Positions 11,758-25,178 are shown, numbered from the stretch's first letter. The stretch: DNA of 64,000 nucleotides from Schizosaccharomyces osmophilus (GCF_027921745.1 NC_079238.1:2542001-2606000), one strand, 5' to 3'. Numbers and translations are program-made. The notes: generated by a model from the letters alone, not told the origin.

Positions 11758-12161
11758 AGAAGAACTTGTTTTTTATTTTTAAAAGTTAGCCATTTTATGC
11801 ATCTTGGATCGAATTAGAATTTGGGTTGGTGCTTACGTTCCAAAAGCAGCTGCGCTGCTACATATTTTTTGATCTCTGTTACTTTATTATTTTAGTTAGA
11901 GTTTGTACATTATTTATAATTCTTATTGTTTTAGTTAATGAAAGTTCTTTATAGACATCTGTTATAGTTGTATCTTTACTCTGTGCTCGTTAAATTGATT
12001 TTAGCAAATATCAAAGTGCATTTATCTGACTTGTATCACATGCATATTTTTCAATTGAAATATCAATTTAGCTGTGCTCCGTTTTTCTTTCTATTCGCAT
12101 TCACTTTAATCGATCGGTTTATCATCCTTAGTCTGACATCTGAATAAACTCAACGTTTCCT

Positions 12162-13365
12162 ATGGACAACAATACAGTAGATAAGGAGTATTATGAGATA
12201 CTGAATGTTCCAGTGGATGCAGATTTTACAGCTATAAAAAGATCATACCGGTAAGCAGTTTTCATTGAGGATTTGCTAACGCCTGAAAGTCGTTTGGCAA
12301 TTCAAATTCATCCTGATAAAAACCCAGACAACCCAGAGGAAGCACGAGAGAATTTTCAGAAGGTATGTATCAAATTTTTTAAATAAGTAGATGTCGCCAT
12401 TTACCAAAGAGTATTTTTGATGACATGTCTACTAACTGAGCAACTAGCTGGGAGAAGCATACCAAGTCCTAAGCGATCCTGAGTTACGAAAAAGATATGA
12501 CCTTTATGGTAAAGAAGGTGCTGTACCTGAGGCGGGTTTTGCAGATGCATTTGAATTTTTCAGACAACTCTTTGGAGGTGAATCCTTCAAAGATTACATT
12601 GGCGAGCTAAACCTGCTAAAAGAACTATGCAAATCAATGCAAGAATCTTCTTCTGAATATAAAGCTGTTGAAGATACGGATGAATCGAAGAAAAAGCTGC
12701 AACAGGAAGAATCGCTACAACAGGATATATTATTACAGGAACGAATCGATACCCTTTGTCATAATTTGGTTGGTAAATTGTCTATTTGGACAGAAACCGA
12801 CATGTCCGAGCCAGTTACCAATGCTTTCAAAGAAAAGATGCGCTTGGAGGCTGAAGTTTTGAAAGAAGAATCATTTGGGGAAGAAATACTGAATGCTATA
12901 GGATCTACGTACTTTCAAAGAGCGAACATTTTCCTTGAAAGCCAATCATTTTTTGGAATCAAGGGTCTTTGGAGTAGCTTGCGAGCAAAAGGCTCGCTTT
13001 TGAAGGATACTTGGAGTACAGTTGTCAGTGCAGTGGAAGTTCAAACAAAAGCAGAAGCTCTCGCAAAAGCAGAAGAAGAAGGAAGCAATTGGACTAAAGA
13101 AAAAAGAGAAGAAGCCACTCGTGAATTAACTGGTAAAGTGTTATCAGCAACTTGGAAAGGAACTCGTTTTGAAGTTCAAAACGTTATTCGGAATGTTAGC
13201 GATAAAATTCTTTTCGATAAAAATGTTCCGCAAGAAAAACTTATACAGCGCGCCCATGCTTTACTCATGGTAGGAGAAGTGTTCCTTTCCGTTGCTCCCA
13301 AACGAGAACGTAATGATAATTATTTCGAAGAACTATTAAATCAACAAGCTCCCTCACAGGAGTAG
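12162..13365 (+). CDS. DnaJ protein of Caj1/Djp1 type (J domain plus DnaJ-X), 2 introns in the 5' part
   Basis: Spliced N-terminus MDNNTVDKEYYEILNV...YR|RLAIQIHPDK carries the HPD motif; also LSDPELRKRYD and DnaJ-X LKEESFGEEIL. Confidence 0.9.
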
Positions 13366-13562
13366 AAGGATGTGCATTTGTTTAATACGTCGGTCATTGT
13401 TACTAACATTTCAGTCTTACGTTTACTTCTCGAATAATTATAGATCAACATACAGTATTTGTTCCTACTAAAACTTTCCTACGTTTTTGAATATTAATTT
13501 TTTTCTCAATTTTATTTTTTCTATACAAGTAATCCTAACTTGCAGATTTATACAGTTGTCTA

Positions 13563-14891
13563 TTACTTAATTTGCTTAACGGGTCCACCAGGTGAATTTG
13601 GTAAACGAGCGGTCAAAACTTCACAACCTGTCTCAGTAACAAGAAGAGTGTGTTCGAACTGAGCAGAGCATTTACCAGAAGCAGTTGACGAGGTCCAATC
13701 ATCAGGCCAACTAATGTCTCTGGCAGGGCCTAAGGTCAACATCGGCTCAATGGTAAATGTCATTCCAGGACGAGCAATGCCTGGAGCTTTGTTACGAGCA
13801 TAATGGGGGATTGTTGGGGCCGAATGAAAAAGTTGATTTACTCCGTGTCCACAGTATGTTCGAACGATTGAGAGGTTAGTGTCGGTAACAGACTTGGTAT
13901 GTTTTTCAATTATGTTACCGAACTCTTGGAACATAACACCGGGTTTAACAGCCTCAATTGCTTTATCCAAAGCAATACGAGTGTTTTCAACAAGGCTAAC
14001 AAGTTCGGGATTACTCTTAGCCTTGTCTCCGACATAATAAGTTTCATTCAAATCTGCGTGGAACCCATTGTGGTATGCACTGATATCCAAGTTTATGATA
14101 TCTCCATCCTGTAGAGGCCTTTGGTCGGGTATACCATGACAAATGATTTCATTTATCGATGTACAAACACTTTTTGGGAAGGAATAATAATTTAGAGGAC
14201 TAGGATAACATTCACGTTCAACACTAGCTTCGTGAACGATGCGGTCAATTTCATCTGTAGTAATACCAGGACGAATAGCAGCAGCAGCAATGTCAAGTAT
14301 CTCACGACCCAATTGACATACTTTTCGCATGCCTTCTTGCTCTTCGGGAGATAGACGCTTGATTTTAAAGCTACGACCTTCAATTTGTTCACTACGAGAG
14401 GAACCAGATTTCGCGTAATCAGGCTTTTTTATGTGTGGCGGGACCTTACGAATTTGAGAAAGAGGATAACTGGCTCTTAAAGAACCGCTATACTTAAATT
14501 TTGGGAAAGGATCGTAAGTTCCATCCTCTTTATCAACGTTAGCTTTAAATTTTGATTCCATGTGTCGGCGATAGTTCGTAAAATCACTTACCTCTTTTAA
14601 CAGTCCCAGGAGGAAGGTGTAGTTGCTTGTGGATGGGCTGTACAATCGTTAGGTCGATTAAGTGGGAAACAAACATTTTACTAATTTAGCTTACCCAGCT
14701 GTTTTTAAAGCATTCCTATAAAATGAGTCAGTAATCGTAAATTTATTTAAGGTTGACTTTTATAAACAACTTACCTGTCCGCAAAAGAAGGAGCTTGTAT
14801 TGTTAACCAAACATTTTGGACATTGTAATTTATTCGCGAAATTATGGCAATCAACACCAGCGCATAATGCTTTAGTTGTTTCAGAAGCCAT
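13563..14891 (-). CDS. fma1: Methionine aminopeptidase 1, 3 introns at the 5' end
   Basis: Motifs SINEIICHGIPD, GHGV, FTIEPM, SAQFEHT; N-terminal zinc-finger exons (LQCPKC, FFCGQ). Confidence 0.96.
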
Positions 14892-15205
14892 TATTGAAAT
14901 AATCCTAAGTTAATAAAAAAGAACTGTAAGAACTGTCAATTTTAGTGAAACACGGTTTGACCCTAAGTTTGGCTTCTGGTAAGTATGGAAAATTCTCAGT
15001 CGGCATTTATATTTAGTACAAAAAATAAGTAGTTTCAAGAGAACCTGAAAATTAGAGATGTGAAACCGAATTTGTAAATTAATATCAGTAAAATAAACGA
15101 ATAATAATTAGCCTGAGCTTGAAATGCAATTTCTATAGTTATTACAATTTAATTTCAAACATTATAAAATTAAAATGACTTCCTTTATAAGAAATAAAAA
15201 ATAAA

Positions 15206-17339
15206 TTAATAAACAGAATAGCTTCGAGAATGAAAAAGTTTCTTCATGCCCGGATTTTTCATTTGAGAACCAGAGACATTATCAGGTTGAGGTGTTTGAT
15301 CATCGTTTGAATCTTCAGTCACTTTGTATACTACAGAGGATTCCTTCGATGGTATTGAGTTAAACAAAGAGGGAGGACGTGAAGCGATTTCACGATCATC
15401 CGAAGGATTTGCTTGTCGGTAATCATTATTAGAATCAAATGCTTGGGGAGCAGAGGATGACTGCAACAGCATATTATCATTAACAGAGGGATTCGCAGGG
15501 AAGTATGATACTGCAATATAAACCACCAGCACGATTAAAAGAGTCAACTGGAGCACCAATAATCTTTTTTGGAAAGACGACTGCGAATAAGTTAGTTAAA
15601 TTAGAAAAAAGAAGTACAACTTACATCGTCACTTAATGATTGGATTCTCCTTTGAACAAACTCATTTTCAGCAGAAGCCAACTCTAATCGAGCCTGAAGT
15701 ATATAAAATGAGGATTGAATCCTCTGATACTGATATCGCTGTAGATGTTAGAAGTAAACGAACGAACTTTATAGCTTTTACGTACCATCTGATCAAATTC
15801 TCCCCTATGGGACATGCTTATTTCGTTAAGTGAATCAGAAAGATTTAGTTGTTTCGTATCATGTTTTCCAAACGATGCCAACGTCTTTTGAATAGCTTCG
15901 TCAAACAACTTTTTTCTTTCTTCTAAAATAGAAAGACGCTTATTAATGTTTTTATAAATACTTTCTTGATTCAAATGATGGGTCGCCGTTGGAAAAGGAG
16001 GAGACCCTGCTGCAGAAGAAGAGCTTAAATTACCTGTGACGAACGAAGAAAACACATGATTCGTAACACATTCTTTATTGCTATTACAAATACTCTGATC
16101 TTCCTCGACCTCGGTCTTCGTTGCTGTTGTACTTGCAGGGGCGACATTCATGACGGAGCTTGGATAATGGCTTTTATTTTCCTCAGTATTCAATATCGAA
16201 GCAGTCTGCTCAGGTTGAATAAATTGGCTATCATTTTTCGCGTTGGAACTTAACACGTCAGCTTGGTTATTTTGAGAAAGATCAAAGTCATTAGAATAAC
16301 CTTCTTCATTTTCTTCTTCAAATTCTTCAATCATAGTTTTGCCAAAAACATGAACCAAACTCAATGGACAATAGAATTCAGAACCGTAGTGACTTAAAAT
16401 CTCAATCTTCATATACTTAGCCCAGATTAGAGGGTTCTCTATGCGGAAAGACTGCAATGTTCGCAAATTCATTGCAGTGAAGGTGCCAAGCTCCATCCAT
16501 GAAGATTCTTGCTTGGGGTATTTTCCGCTGACACTGATACGAACTGTTCGAAAAATGCTTGAGAAAAACTCGAAATTGGCGATTTGAACTGTATCAACAT
16601 AAATATCTTCACATAGTTCTATAACAACAAACATCTTTGTGGCCGAGCACTTATTTAACATGTATTTATCCTTGTTTTCGGTCAGGATAGAGGAAGCACC
16701 TTCGGCTTCAGCATTAGTTTTTAAAACAGCTGCGGCACAGTCAGTGGAAGCAAAATTAAATCGTTTTTCCTCAGAAGTTACATGAGCTGCAATTGGGGCT
16801 TCAGATGAAGCACCTTCTTTCGCAACAGGACTTGTCTCAACACAAGTCTGGGAATAAGGATTATCAGGATTTTCGTTCGCACTTTTGTCCTTAGCTTCAT
16901 CCCCAATTGCGGTATCGATGGAGGCTTGAGGAATTGGTTGTTCCAAGCTCGCAGATTCATAATCCGTTTTGACTGAAGGGGATCTCGCCGTCTTTGTTGG
17001 ATTTTGTATTAAAGCAGTCTTGTTAAATGATTCATCCTCAATGGATGAGGTTGAATTTTCAGTAAGATTGAATTGAGCCGGTAGACTAGTTGCCTCAAAA
17101 TCCTTCATAGTTTTTGATGCTTCAACAGAATTTATATCTTCTTGAACATGTTCATAACAGTGGCATTGCTCAGTCTCTTCACGAAATATGTCTGAAAAGA
17201 TTGAAAGGGTATTCTCGCACACAGCGGATTCATGATTAATCAATGCATTAGAATTTGAAAAAATAAATAAGAAGAGTATAAAATATTTAAAGAAAGATAC
17301 ATTCAAGTATCTTAAAAAGTTCCCGAAGACCACTTGCAT
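15206..17339 (-). CDS. Mid-SUN (Sad1/UNC-like, Slp1/SUCO-type) ER membrane protein, 2 introns near the 3' end; start uncertain
   Basis: Motifs RFNFASTDCAA, NKDKYML, IANFEFFSS, HYGSEFYCPLS; coiled coil QESIYKNINKRL; TM helix in the last exon. Confidence 0.88.
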
Positions 17340-17607
17340 ATAGGCCTTCAATGGAGGTGATGCAGTGTGAATCTGCCACAACCTATTACTTCTTACTTGA
17401 AATTAACCAAACCCGAATTGTACAGACAAGAGTAGAAACAGTCAGAAATGACTTAATGCTCTTATTTTCTACGTATTCGTAAAGAATCGTGTGAGTAGTG
17501 GTAATATTGAAAATCTAATTCACTCGCGGTGGCATTGACGAACGCCAGAATTTTTGGTTTGGATCGAGTTTTAAAAGGGTTTATTTTTTTATTATTTTTT
17601 TAAAAAA

Positions 17608-20600
17608 ATGGGAGTTTCGGGCCTTTGGAACGTCCTTGAACCTGTGAAAAGACCCGTAAAGCTTGAGACTCTCAATGACAAGAGACTAGCAGTCGATGCA
17701 TCTATCTGGATATACCAGTTTTTAAAAGCCGTACGTGATAAAGAGGGGAATCAGTTAAAAAGTAGCCATATCGTTGGGTTCTTTCGAAGAATATGTAAAT
17801 TACTTTTCTTTGGTATCAAGCCCATCTTTGTTTTTGATGGAGGCGCGCCTGTTCTAAAGCGTCAAACTTTAAGGAAGCGTCAAGCAAGACGAGTCGACAG
17901 GCAAGAAAATGCAGCTTTAACGGCCAACAAAATTTACGCCCTACAAATGAGGCATCAGGCCATGCGCCTTGAAGAAGAAAGTCGAAAGGCAGAAGTTGAA
18001 GTAGACACTTCTTTACAGGCAAAAAATCAAAAACTGTCTTCAATGTCCTTGGATAATAACGATGTAAAGCCTGTCTTAAATAACCAGAAAAAGTATCTTA
18101 AACCAGATCCTTACCAATTGCCAGAGATGGACGTTTCTTTTGACAATTTAAACAACGCTCATGACCCCCGTGTCATGTCACAAGAAGAATTAACTAATTA
18201 TGCGATGAACTTTGGTGATATAGAGGATGTTAACTTATTTGATTTTTCAAGTATTGATTTTGATTCAAGCATGTTTCGGTCCCTCCCAGATACGGATAAA
18301 TATAGCATTCTTAGTGCAGCCCGGCTTCGGTCACGTTTCAGAATGGGTCTTAGTACCGACCAATTGGCAGAAATGTTTCCAAATCGCATGGATTTCTCTC
18401 GCTTTCAAATTGAACGATTAAAAGAAAGAAATGATTTAACTCAACGACTCATGGACTTTACTGGCATGAACCAATTTGGGCCGGGCCGAGTTGCAGGCGA
18501 GAAGAATAGAGAGTATATTTTGGTTAAGAACGAAGGTGCCGAGGGTGGTTGGGCCCTAGGCGTTATTTCTGGAACAGCAAAGAATGATCCTATTGTCATT
18601 GACGAAGATGCGGTCAAATTAAGCAGTACAATGGGCGAAGATGACGATGAAGCAGAGTTTGATGATGTGCCACTTCCCGAAACGCAGAAACAAATGAATC
18701 CTAGAGAATTGGTAGCAGCAAAATTGAGGGAGGTGAGAGAGCGCTCATTTGAAGAGGAGGATGACTCAGAAAATAAAGAGATTGATGAGATCATGACACA
18801 GCTAGCTACTCATGAATCAATTGAATCCTATAATCGCGATGGAACTACAAACTTATTTAACCTTTCTACAGAAGATATAGACAACATTCGACGGGAGGTA
18901 GAAACGAATGAAGATAAAAAGCCTAAGGATGTTGTCTTTTTAGAAAAAAAAGGTAAATCAGAAAGCCCTGAACGTAAGCTTGTCGAAGATGACAACACAA
19001 CAAATGTGCCCCAGAAAGTTGAACCCAAAGAATCGATTTTTATGGATGATTTACCAACGTTCGATAACAAAGAAAGTGATCATGCTTTAGGACCATTACC
19101 TTTTAAAGAAATGGACTGGGGAAAATCTTTGTTTTTCTCAGGTATTAAAGACAAATCATTATCATCAGAGCAAGGCAGTGTGAATTCAGTAAAGAAGAGT
19201 ACGGAATCTGAACCGGTTTTGGGACAAGCGCTTAACTTGGAAGCGACTTCGCATAAAAGTGATATTGAAAATGAAAGCGTTGACAACTTGTTAGTACCCA
19301 ACAATCAGCAGTTTGATAAGGGATTAAAAGAACAGCACCCAACCGATCAGCAAGTTGAAAAGTCGTTTGGGACTATTTGTAATGACGCTGTACCTATTAA
19401 GGAAGAGTCACCAACCCTAGATTCAGCCATTTCTTCTTCGCTCGAGAATAAGGGTCTTAAGAGGTCTTCTCCTTTACTAATAAAAGTGAATGAGGGAGAT
19501 TATCGTCATGAGTATGCAAAGAAAGAGGCATCTCATGGAGATTTTGAACTAAAAGCAATATCTACAATGACTGATAATAAAAATGAAGCTGATGAGAAGG
19601 AAGATTTTGCTAAAATGAATAAGGAAGATCATTCCATCGAGCATATAAATATTCCTGAAGAATTGTCCGACTTTAATTCCAAAGAAGAAACAAGAACCGA
19701 TATGGCTGAAAATAACAATGACGTTGTTGAAAAGGAAGGTCATGCCAAAATGGATAAGGAAGTTTATTCCAATGAGCATACAGATAGTTCCCAAAATTTG
19801 GCTGACAATAATTCCGAACAAAAAGCGACCCATAAGCATTCAATGGACGGAATAACTGGTGAAGAAGAAGATGATAACTTGGAAGTTGCGCAGAATTTAA
19901 TGGACGAAGAAGAAGATGATATGATGATTCGCATGGCTGAGGAAGAAAAGGAATACGATCGATTTGTATCTGAATTGAATAAGAAAAACACTGATTCCAA
20001 TTGGGATCAGGAAGCTTTCGAAAAGAGAATTCAAGAACTTAAAGTTCAAAAACGGACAGAAAAGCGTGACGCTGATGAAGTGACTCAAATGATGATTCGA
20101 GAATGTCAAGAGCTACTTAGACTTTTTGGTTTGCCTTATATTATTGCGCCTCAAGAAGCTGAAGCTCAATGTGCAAAATTGCTTGAATTGAAATTGGTTG
20201 ATGGTATCGTCACGGATGATTCAGATGTTTTTCTTTTTGGAGGAACCAGGATCTATCGTAATATGTTTAATCAAAATAAGTTTGTAGAATTATACTTGAT
20301 GGACGATATGAAGCGAGAGTTTAATGTTGATCAAACAAAGCTTATACGACTTGCTCATTTACTAGGAAGTGACTACACACTGGGATTAGCGAAGGTCGGT
20401 CCAGTATTGGCTTTGGAAATTTTGCGTGAATTTCCAGGTGAAACTGGCTTGTTTGAATTCAAGCAGTGGTTCCAACGACTGTCAACTGGGCAAGCAACCA
20501 AGGAAGACCTGGGTACACCTGTCAAGAGACGTATCAGCAAATTACTAGGAAAAGTAGTTATTCCTCCAGATTTTCCAAATCCAATGGTTGATGAAGCGTA

Positions 20601-21174
20601 TTTGAAACCGAACGTTGATGAAAGCAAACAGAAATTTCAATGGGGGATCCCTGATTTAGATGAGTTGAGACAATTTTTGATGGCAACCGTGGGCTGGTCG
20701 AAACAAAGGGCGAATGAAGTACTTCTTCCAATTATTCAAGATATTAATAGAAAAGAATTTGAGGGAACACAATCAAACTTGACACAGTTTTTCTCAGGCG
20801 GGAACGTTTTTGCTCCTAGAGTTGCTTATCAATTTCGAAGCAAACGAATGGAACATGCTCTTTCATCTTTTCGACCAGACCAACCAGACCAAAATGAACG
20901 AGATTTGTCAACTTCTTTAGGAATTACAGATGTCGATGCAAACGAGGAAAGTGAACAAAATCAAATGTCTGATCCTTTGAAACAAAGGATCGCTAAGAGG
21001 AAAAGAATGATGCAAAGCCGAAGAGATTCCGACTCCGAATCAAGTTCTGAGGATGAAATATCGTCGTCTTCACTTAGCGCACTTTCTGAGCAAAACAAGG
21101 CGTCTGCTCCATTAAAAACTGAACTTTCTACCAAGTTAACTAAAAAAACTTCTAGAGTACGTAAGCGTCAATAA
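17608..21174 (+). CDS. rad13: XPG/Rad2-family nucleotide excision repair endonuclease
   Basis: XPG-N (MGVSGLW, AVDASIW, FVFDG) and XPG-I (EAEAQCA, TDDSDVFLFG, LLGSDYT); PIP-like QSNLTQFF. Confidence 0.97.
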   Translation: MGVSGLWNVLEPVKRPVKLETLNDKRLAVDASIWIYQFLKAVRDKEGNQLKSSHIVGFFRRICKLLFFGIKPIFVFDGGAPVLKRQTLRKRQARRVDRQENAALTANKIYALQMRHQAMRLEEESRKAEVEVDTSLQAKNQKLSSMSLDNNDVKPVLNNQKKYLKPDPYQLPEMDVSFDNLNNAHDPRVMSQEELTNYAMNFGDIEDVNLFDFSSIDFDSSMFRSLPDTDKYSILSAARLRSRFRMGLSTDQLAEMFPNRMDFSRFQIERLKERNDLTQRLMDFTGMNQFGPGRVAGEKNREYILVKNEGAEGGWALGVISGTAKNDPIVIDEDAVKLSSTMGEDDDEAEFDDVPLPETQKQMNPRELVAAKLREVRERSFEEEDDSENKEIDEIMTQLATHESIESYNRDGTTNLFNLSTEDIDNIRREVETNEDKKPKDVVFLEKKGKSESPERKLVEDDNTTNVPQKVEPKESIFMDDLPTFDNKESDHALGPLPFKEMDWGKSLFFSGIKDKSLSSEQGSVNSVKKSTESEPVLGQALNLEATSHKSDIENESVDNLLVPNNQQFDKGLKEQHPTDQQVEKSFGTICNDAVPIKEESPTLDSAISSSLENKGLKRSSPLLIKVNEGDYRHEYAKKEASHGDFELKAISTMTDNKNEADEKEDFAKMNKEDHSIEHINIPEELSDFNSKEETRTDMAENNNDVVEKEGHAKMDKEVYSNEHTDSSQNLADNNSEQKATHKHSMDGITGEEEDDNLEVAQNLMDEEEDDMMIRMAEEEKEYDRFVSELNKKNTDSNWDQEAFEKRIQELKVQKRTEKRDADEVTQMMIRECQELLRLFGLPYIIAPQEAEAQCAKLLELKLVDGIVTDDSDVFLFGGTRIYRNMFNQNKFVELYLMDDMKREFNVDQTKLIRLAHLLGSDYTLGLAKVGPVLALEILREFPGETGLFEFKQWFQRLSTGQATKEDLGTPVKRRISKLLGKVVIPPDFPNPMVDEAYLKPNVDESKQKFQWGIPDLDELRQFLMATVGWSKQRANEVLLPIIQDINRKEFEGTQSNLTQFFSGGNVFAPRVAYQFRSKRMEHALSSFRPDQPDQNERDLSTSLGITDVDANEESEQNQMSDPLKQRIAKRKRMMQSRRDSDSESSSEDEISSSSLSALSEQNKASAPLKTELSTKLTKKTSRVRKRQ
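19567..19836 (+). repeat. Degenerate in-frame tandem duplication (period 135 nt) in the rad13 spacer
   Basis: MTDNKNEADEKEDFAKMNKEDHSIEH (from 19567) aligns to MAENNNDVVEKEGHAKMDKEVYSNEH (from 19702), 14/26 identical by hand count. Confidence 0.8.
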
Positions 21175-21779
21175 AACAAAAATTGTGGTCGAAAAGGTTG
21201 TCTAGGATGGTTTGTAAAATGAAGTATAGTAGAATTAGAAAAAAGGTGAATATTCTGATTTTTATCGGACTGTAGAACGCCGATATTGAAGGTAGTACTT
21301 TTCATGCATGGTTTTTCGTATGGAAACGAGCAAATGTATATCAATAGATTACTTATAAACTAAAAGATTGTTATATCTTCTACACGAAAGCAACCAAACT
21401 AATACATTCAGGGTTTTCGTGTTGCTTGGCAAGAGGGAACGAGACTAAATCGTACTGAATGTCAAGCCCTTTATCAACTTTATTGTTTCTCAACACTAAA
21501 AACAAAGCTTTACACGAGTAGAGACAGTAAGAAAAGCAATAAAAACGAGCAGTTTATTAATCGTAAATAAATATCACTATATTAACCCATCATACTATGA
21601 TATTATCGTACCTGCGTATTAAGTTATTAAATAACGATGGCACTGACTACTCGATATTCGTTGATTTAGAGTATGGTCACTGAAGGACTAATGTTACCTT
21701 ACAATTGTTACTTTTTTCACGGAGACAAATAAGGCATTAGAAACACAAACCTTTGCATACTTCTGTCAAATTTTTGAAA

Positions 21780-22491
21780 ATGGCCACAAACATCGATGCT
21801 GAGCAAGCTGTAAATGCCGAAGAGGTTCGTACATGTTTGCTGTAAATAAACTAACCTCCGTAGATTGAAATGCAGGTAATGAATTCGTGAATATGAATTT
21901 TTCCGGTCCAGAAATGCTAAACGCGAACGGTTCTAGTTTGCAGTGAAAGCTGTTGAACAAGCTCGTACGTGCTTGTGATTGTGGTCATAATTACTAACTC
22001 ATTGCAGAAATCTACTGGAGTCTTTTGGGCATGCGTAAAGGAAGCGAGTTACGTCTCACAAAGTATGTACATGTGATAAAAAGATATTTCTATATCTTTA
22101 ATATGTTACTATTGATTCTAATCAGGTACAAGATATGATGATGAAATTTTTGAAGACTTGAAGAAGACTTTTCCCGAGTTTGAAAACCCCAAGACTGTTG
22201 AATTCGTCAATGAGGAGGAAATGAAGTCTCCCAAAGGTAAAGCAGCTTGGCGCCCTTTTATGATGCGCTACCAAAAGAAAATCGATGATTATAATTTTGG
22301 TACCTTACTCCGTGTGCGCAATACCGACGAATATGGACAGGATACTACTATCTTTGGTACGGATGATATTGTGGTTTCCACATGCAATTGCATTTTATAC
22401 TAACCTAGCTACAGTTCCTCGTATGCAATTCTTTGCTTTCGAGATTGCTCGTAACAAGTACGGAATGAATGACTGGGTCTACAAAAATTAG
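21780..22491 (+). CDS. PBDC1/DUF757 family protein, multi-intron
   Basis: Spliced product ...AEE|IEMQ|FAVKAVEQA...LRLTK|YDDEIF...DYNFGTLLR...IFV|PRMQFFAFEIARN. Confidence 0.88.
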
Positions 22492-22930
22492 TGCATTAGA
22501 GGGAGGGTTAAAAGAGATACAATAAATATTTTTGGTTCCTTGTTTATGGATCTATAATACGTGAAATTTGCTATTTCGTAGACAATGCTTATTGCTTGTT
22601 TCCAAAAGGCAATCAGCCTATGTGATTGTCCAATTTTCAAATAATTCAAAAGTTTGGCCGTAGATTATTTACAATTACACAACAATTAGAATGAAATATC
22701 AAATGAAATACAGAAGTTATTTTATGAAAAAAAAAAGCAACAATAGTACTATAAGGAGACTTTCTTTCTTCCCAAGTTGGTCTTGCCCATAACAATAAGG
22801 AGCCTGGGATCAACTTTTGATCTGCATCCAACCGGCCATTTTTAAACCGGCCACAAATCAATTACGCATTGGGCTGTTAAAAAGCATATTTTTTGAAACA
22901 TAGAAGCGTTTGTTACAGTCTGTTTTGGAT

Positions 22931-24780
22931 ATGATTAGTGATAATTTTAACGGGAAAAATAATCGAGGGCGTGAAAGCATTTTGCATTCTGATCGCAATG
23001 CATCGTTTGTTTCTTATGGATCGGTTTCAGACAATCAAAAAAAGTCTGACAGTGCAGATGTAACAACTTCTCTCGCTCAGTCGAATGGAAATAATTGTGA
23101 TGTAAACAATAACAGACCTTCTGGTACTGCAGTTTGGAAAGTGCTTCCTGCACTTTTATTAGGCATTATTTTGTCTGCTCTGGATAATAGTATGTCACTC
23201 TCAATACAGTCGGCTTTACTATATACTAACTTATACTAGCCATTGTTGCTTCCACATATACAAAGGTACGTTTATAAACTTGTTATCACATATGCCAAAC
23301 TTACTGTTCTGCTAACCTTGATTTTAAACAGATCGGTGCCGAGTTTGGAAAGTTTAATGAAGTATCTTGGGCAGCTACTTCGTACATGATAGCATGTACA
23401 GCCTTCCAACCCTTGTTTGGACGATTTTGTGAAATATACGGAAGAAAATCTACTCTTCTATTTGCTTATTCCGTCTTTGGACTTGGTTGTTTGCTTTGGT
23501 ATGTCACGCGATAGCAGACTTCTCTCCAATTGTTTCAAAATAAGGCTAACTTTTATAGCGGCTTATCCCAATCGCTTTATCAGCTTGTTATTGCCCGTGC
23601 TATTGCAGGCATTGGAGGAGGTGGTATGAACTCCACGGTCACAATTTTAATGAGTGATTTGGTACCTTTAAAGCAGCGCGGAACATACCAAGGTATTATA
23701 AATGTATTTTTTGCAGTTGGCTCTAGTTTGGGAGGACCCATAGGCGGTTTTTTTGCCGACCAATTCACTTGGAGATTGGGATTTTTTATTCAAGTTCCCT
23801 TGCTAGTAGTTGCATTCCTTTCGGTCACCTTTTTTCTTCATCTTCCGCATCATAATCGAGAAAGTTTTACTGAAAAGTTTTCGAGAATTGACTGGTTGGG
23901 TCTTCTTCTTTTAATATCAGGTGTCTTTAATATGACTTTTGCTTTAACCCTCGGAGGAAACACTCGACCATGGTCCGATCCTTTAGTCTGCACGCTTATT
24001 TTAGGATCATTGATCTCTTATTCTAGCTTTTTATATGTCGAAACCTATGTTGCCGAAGAGCCTTTAGCCCCTATAACTGTGCTTAAAGACAGAACATGTC
24101 TGTCTGCCTATCTTTGTAATTTTTTCCAAAGTTTGTCTCAACTAAGTTGGATTTATTCCTTGCCAGTTTATTATCAAGCTGTAATGAACCAAAGTACCGA
24201 AAAATCTGGCGTTTGGCTAATTCCAATGATTGTGGGTTCAAGTATCGGTTCCTTGCTTGGTGGAATTGTGATAAGTTTGACCGGAAATTACAAGAGAATT
24301 ACCGTATTTAGTTACTTCCTCGCATTCGCTGGAGCTCTTTGTATGTTGCGATATGGTTTAGATACCCATGTTTGGGAATACATCTTATATCCCTTTCTAG
24401 GTGGTTTGGGTACCGGTATTTCTATAACAACAACGCTTGTTGCCATTATTCATGCATCTCCTTCCGCCTTACAAGCTTCTGCCATTGCTACTTCATACTT
24501 GTTCCGTTCCAATGGATGCGTTCTCGGTGTCTCGATTTCAACATCCATCATTCAAACTTCTTTAAAACTTCAGTTAAAGAAATATATTAACTATGGGCTG
24601 GACGAACTCATTCACCAATTGCAAAAAGATATTTCGTTTGTTCATACTCTTCCTGAGCAAATCCGCATTATTGTCATCCGTGCACTTCTGACGAGTGTGC
24701 ACTATACCTTTTTGTTCACGTCTATTTCCTTTTTTGTTGCATTATTGATTTCTTTGCTCATTCGCAGTCAACAAATCTAA
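22931..24780 (+). CDS. fnx2: MFS (DHA2-like) vacuolar membrane transporter, 3 introns
   Basis: LSALDN, GRK loop, ARAIAGIGGGG, SDLVPLKQRGTYQG, many TM helices; synteny. Confidence 0.82.
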
Positions 24781-25178
24781 TCTTAATATTAACTTGCAGA
24801 AAAGAACACTAGCCGTGTCGCTGTTCTTAACTTTTTTCCCATTAATTTTGTCCCAGTATTGCTTAAGAATCTTTAGCTTAATTTTCTCGTTTTTTTTTTT
24901 TTTTAATTAAATCGTCCATTCTTTATTGCTATGTATTCGTGCAAGTGTGTACTATTCATTAATATCCTTTGAAAACAACACGGACGAATAATTTAGACAG
25001 TTACAACTCTTTCATTCATAAAAGCAATTACTAAATGAAACTAACTTTGATTATTTACTAAGGCAAATATATAAACTCTCCTTAAATGTTTTTATGCTCT
25101 CGCTAAATCCCACTATTCGTAAACCGCTTACTTCAAATGCGTCAAAGTGAATTCTTTCCTATTATAAACCCCTTCTCA

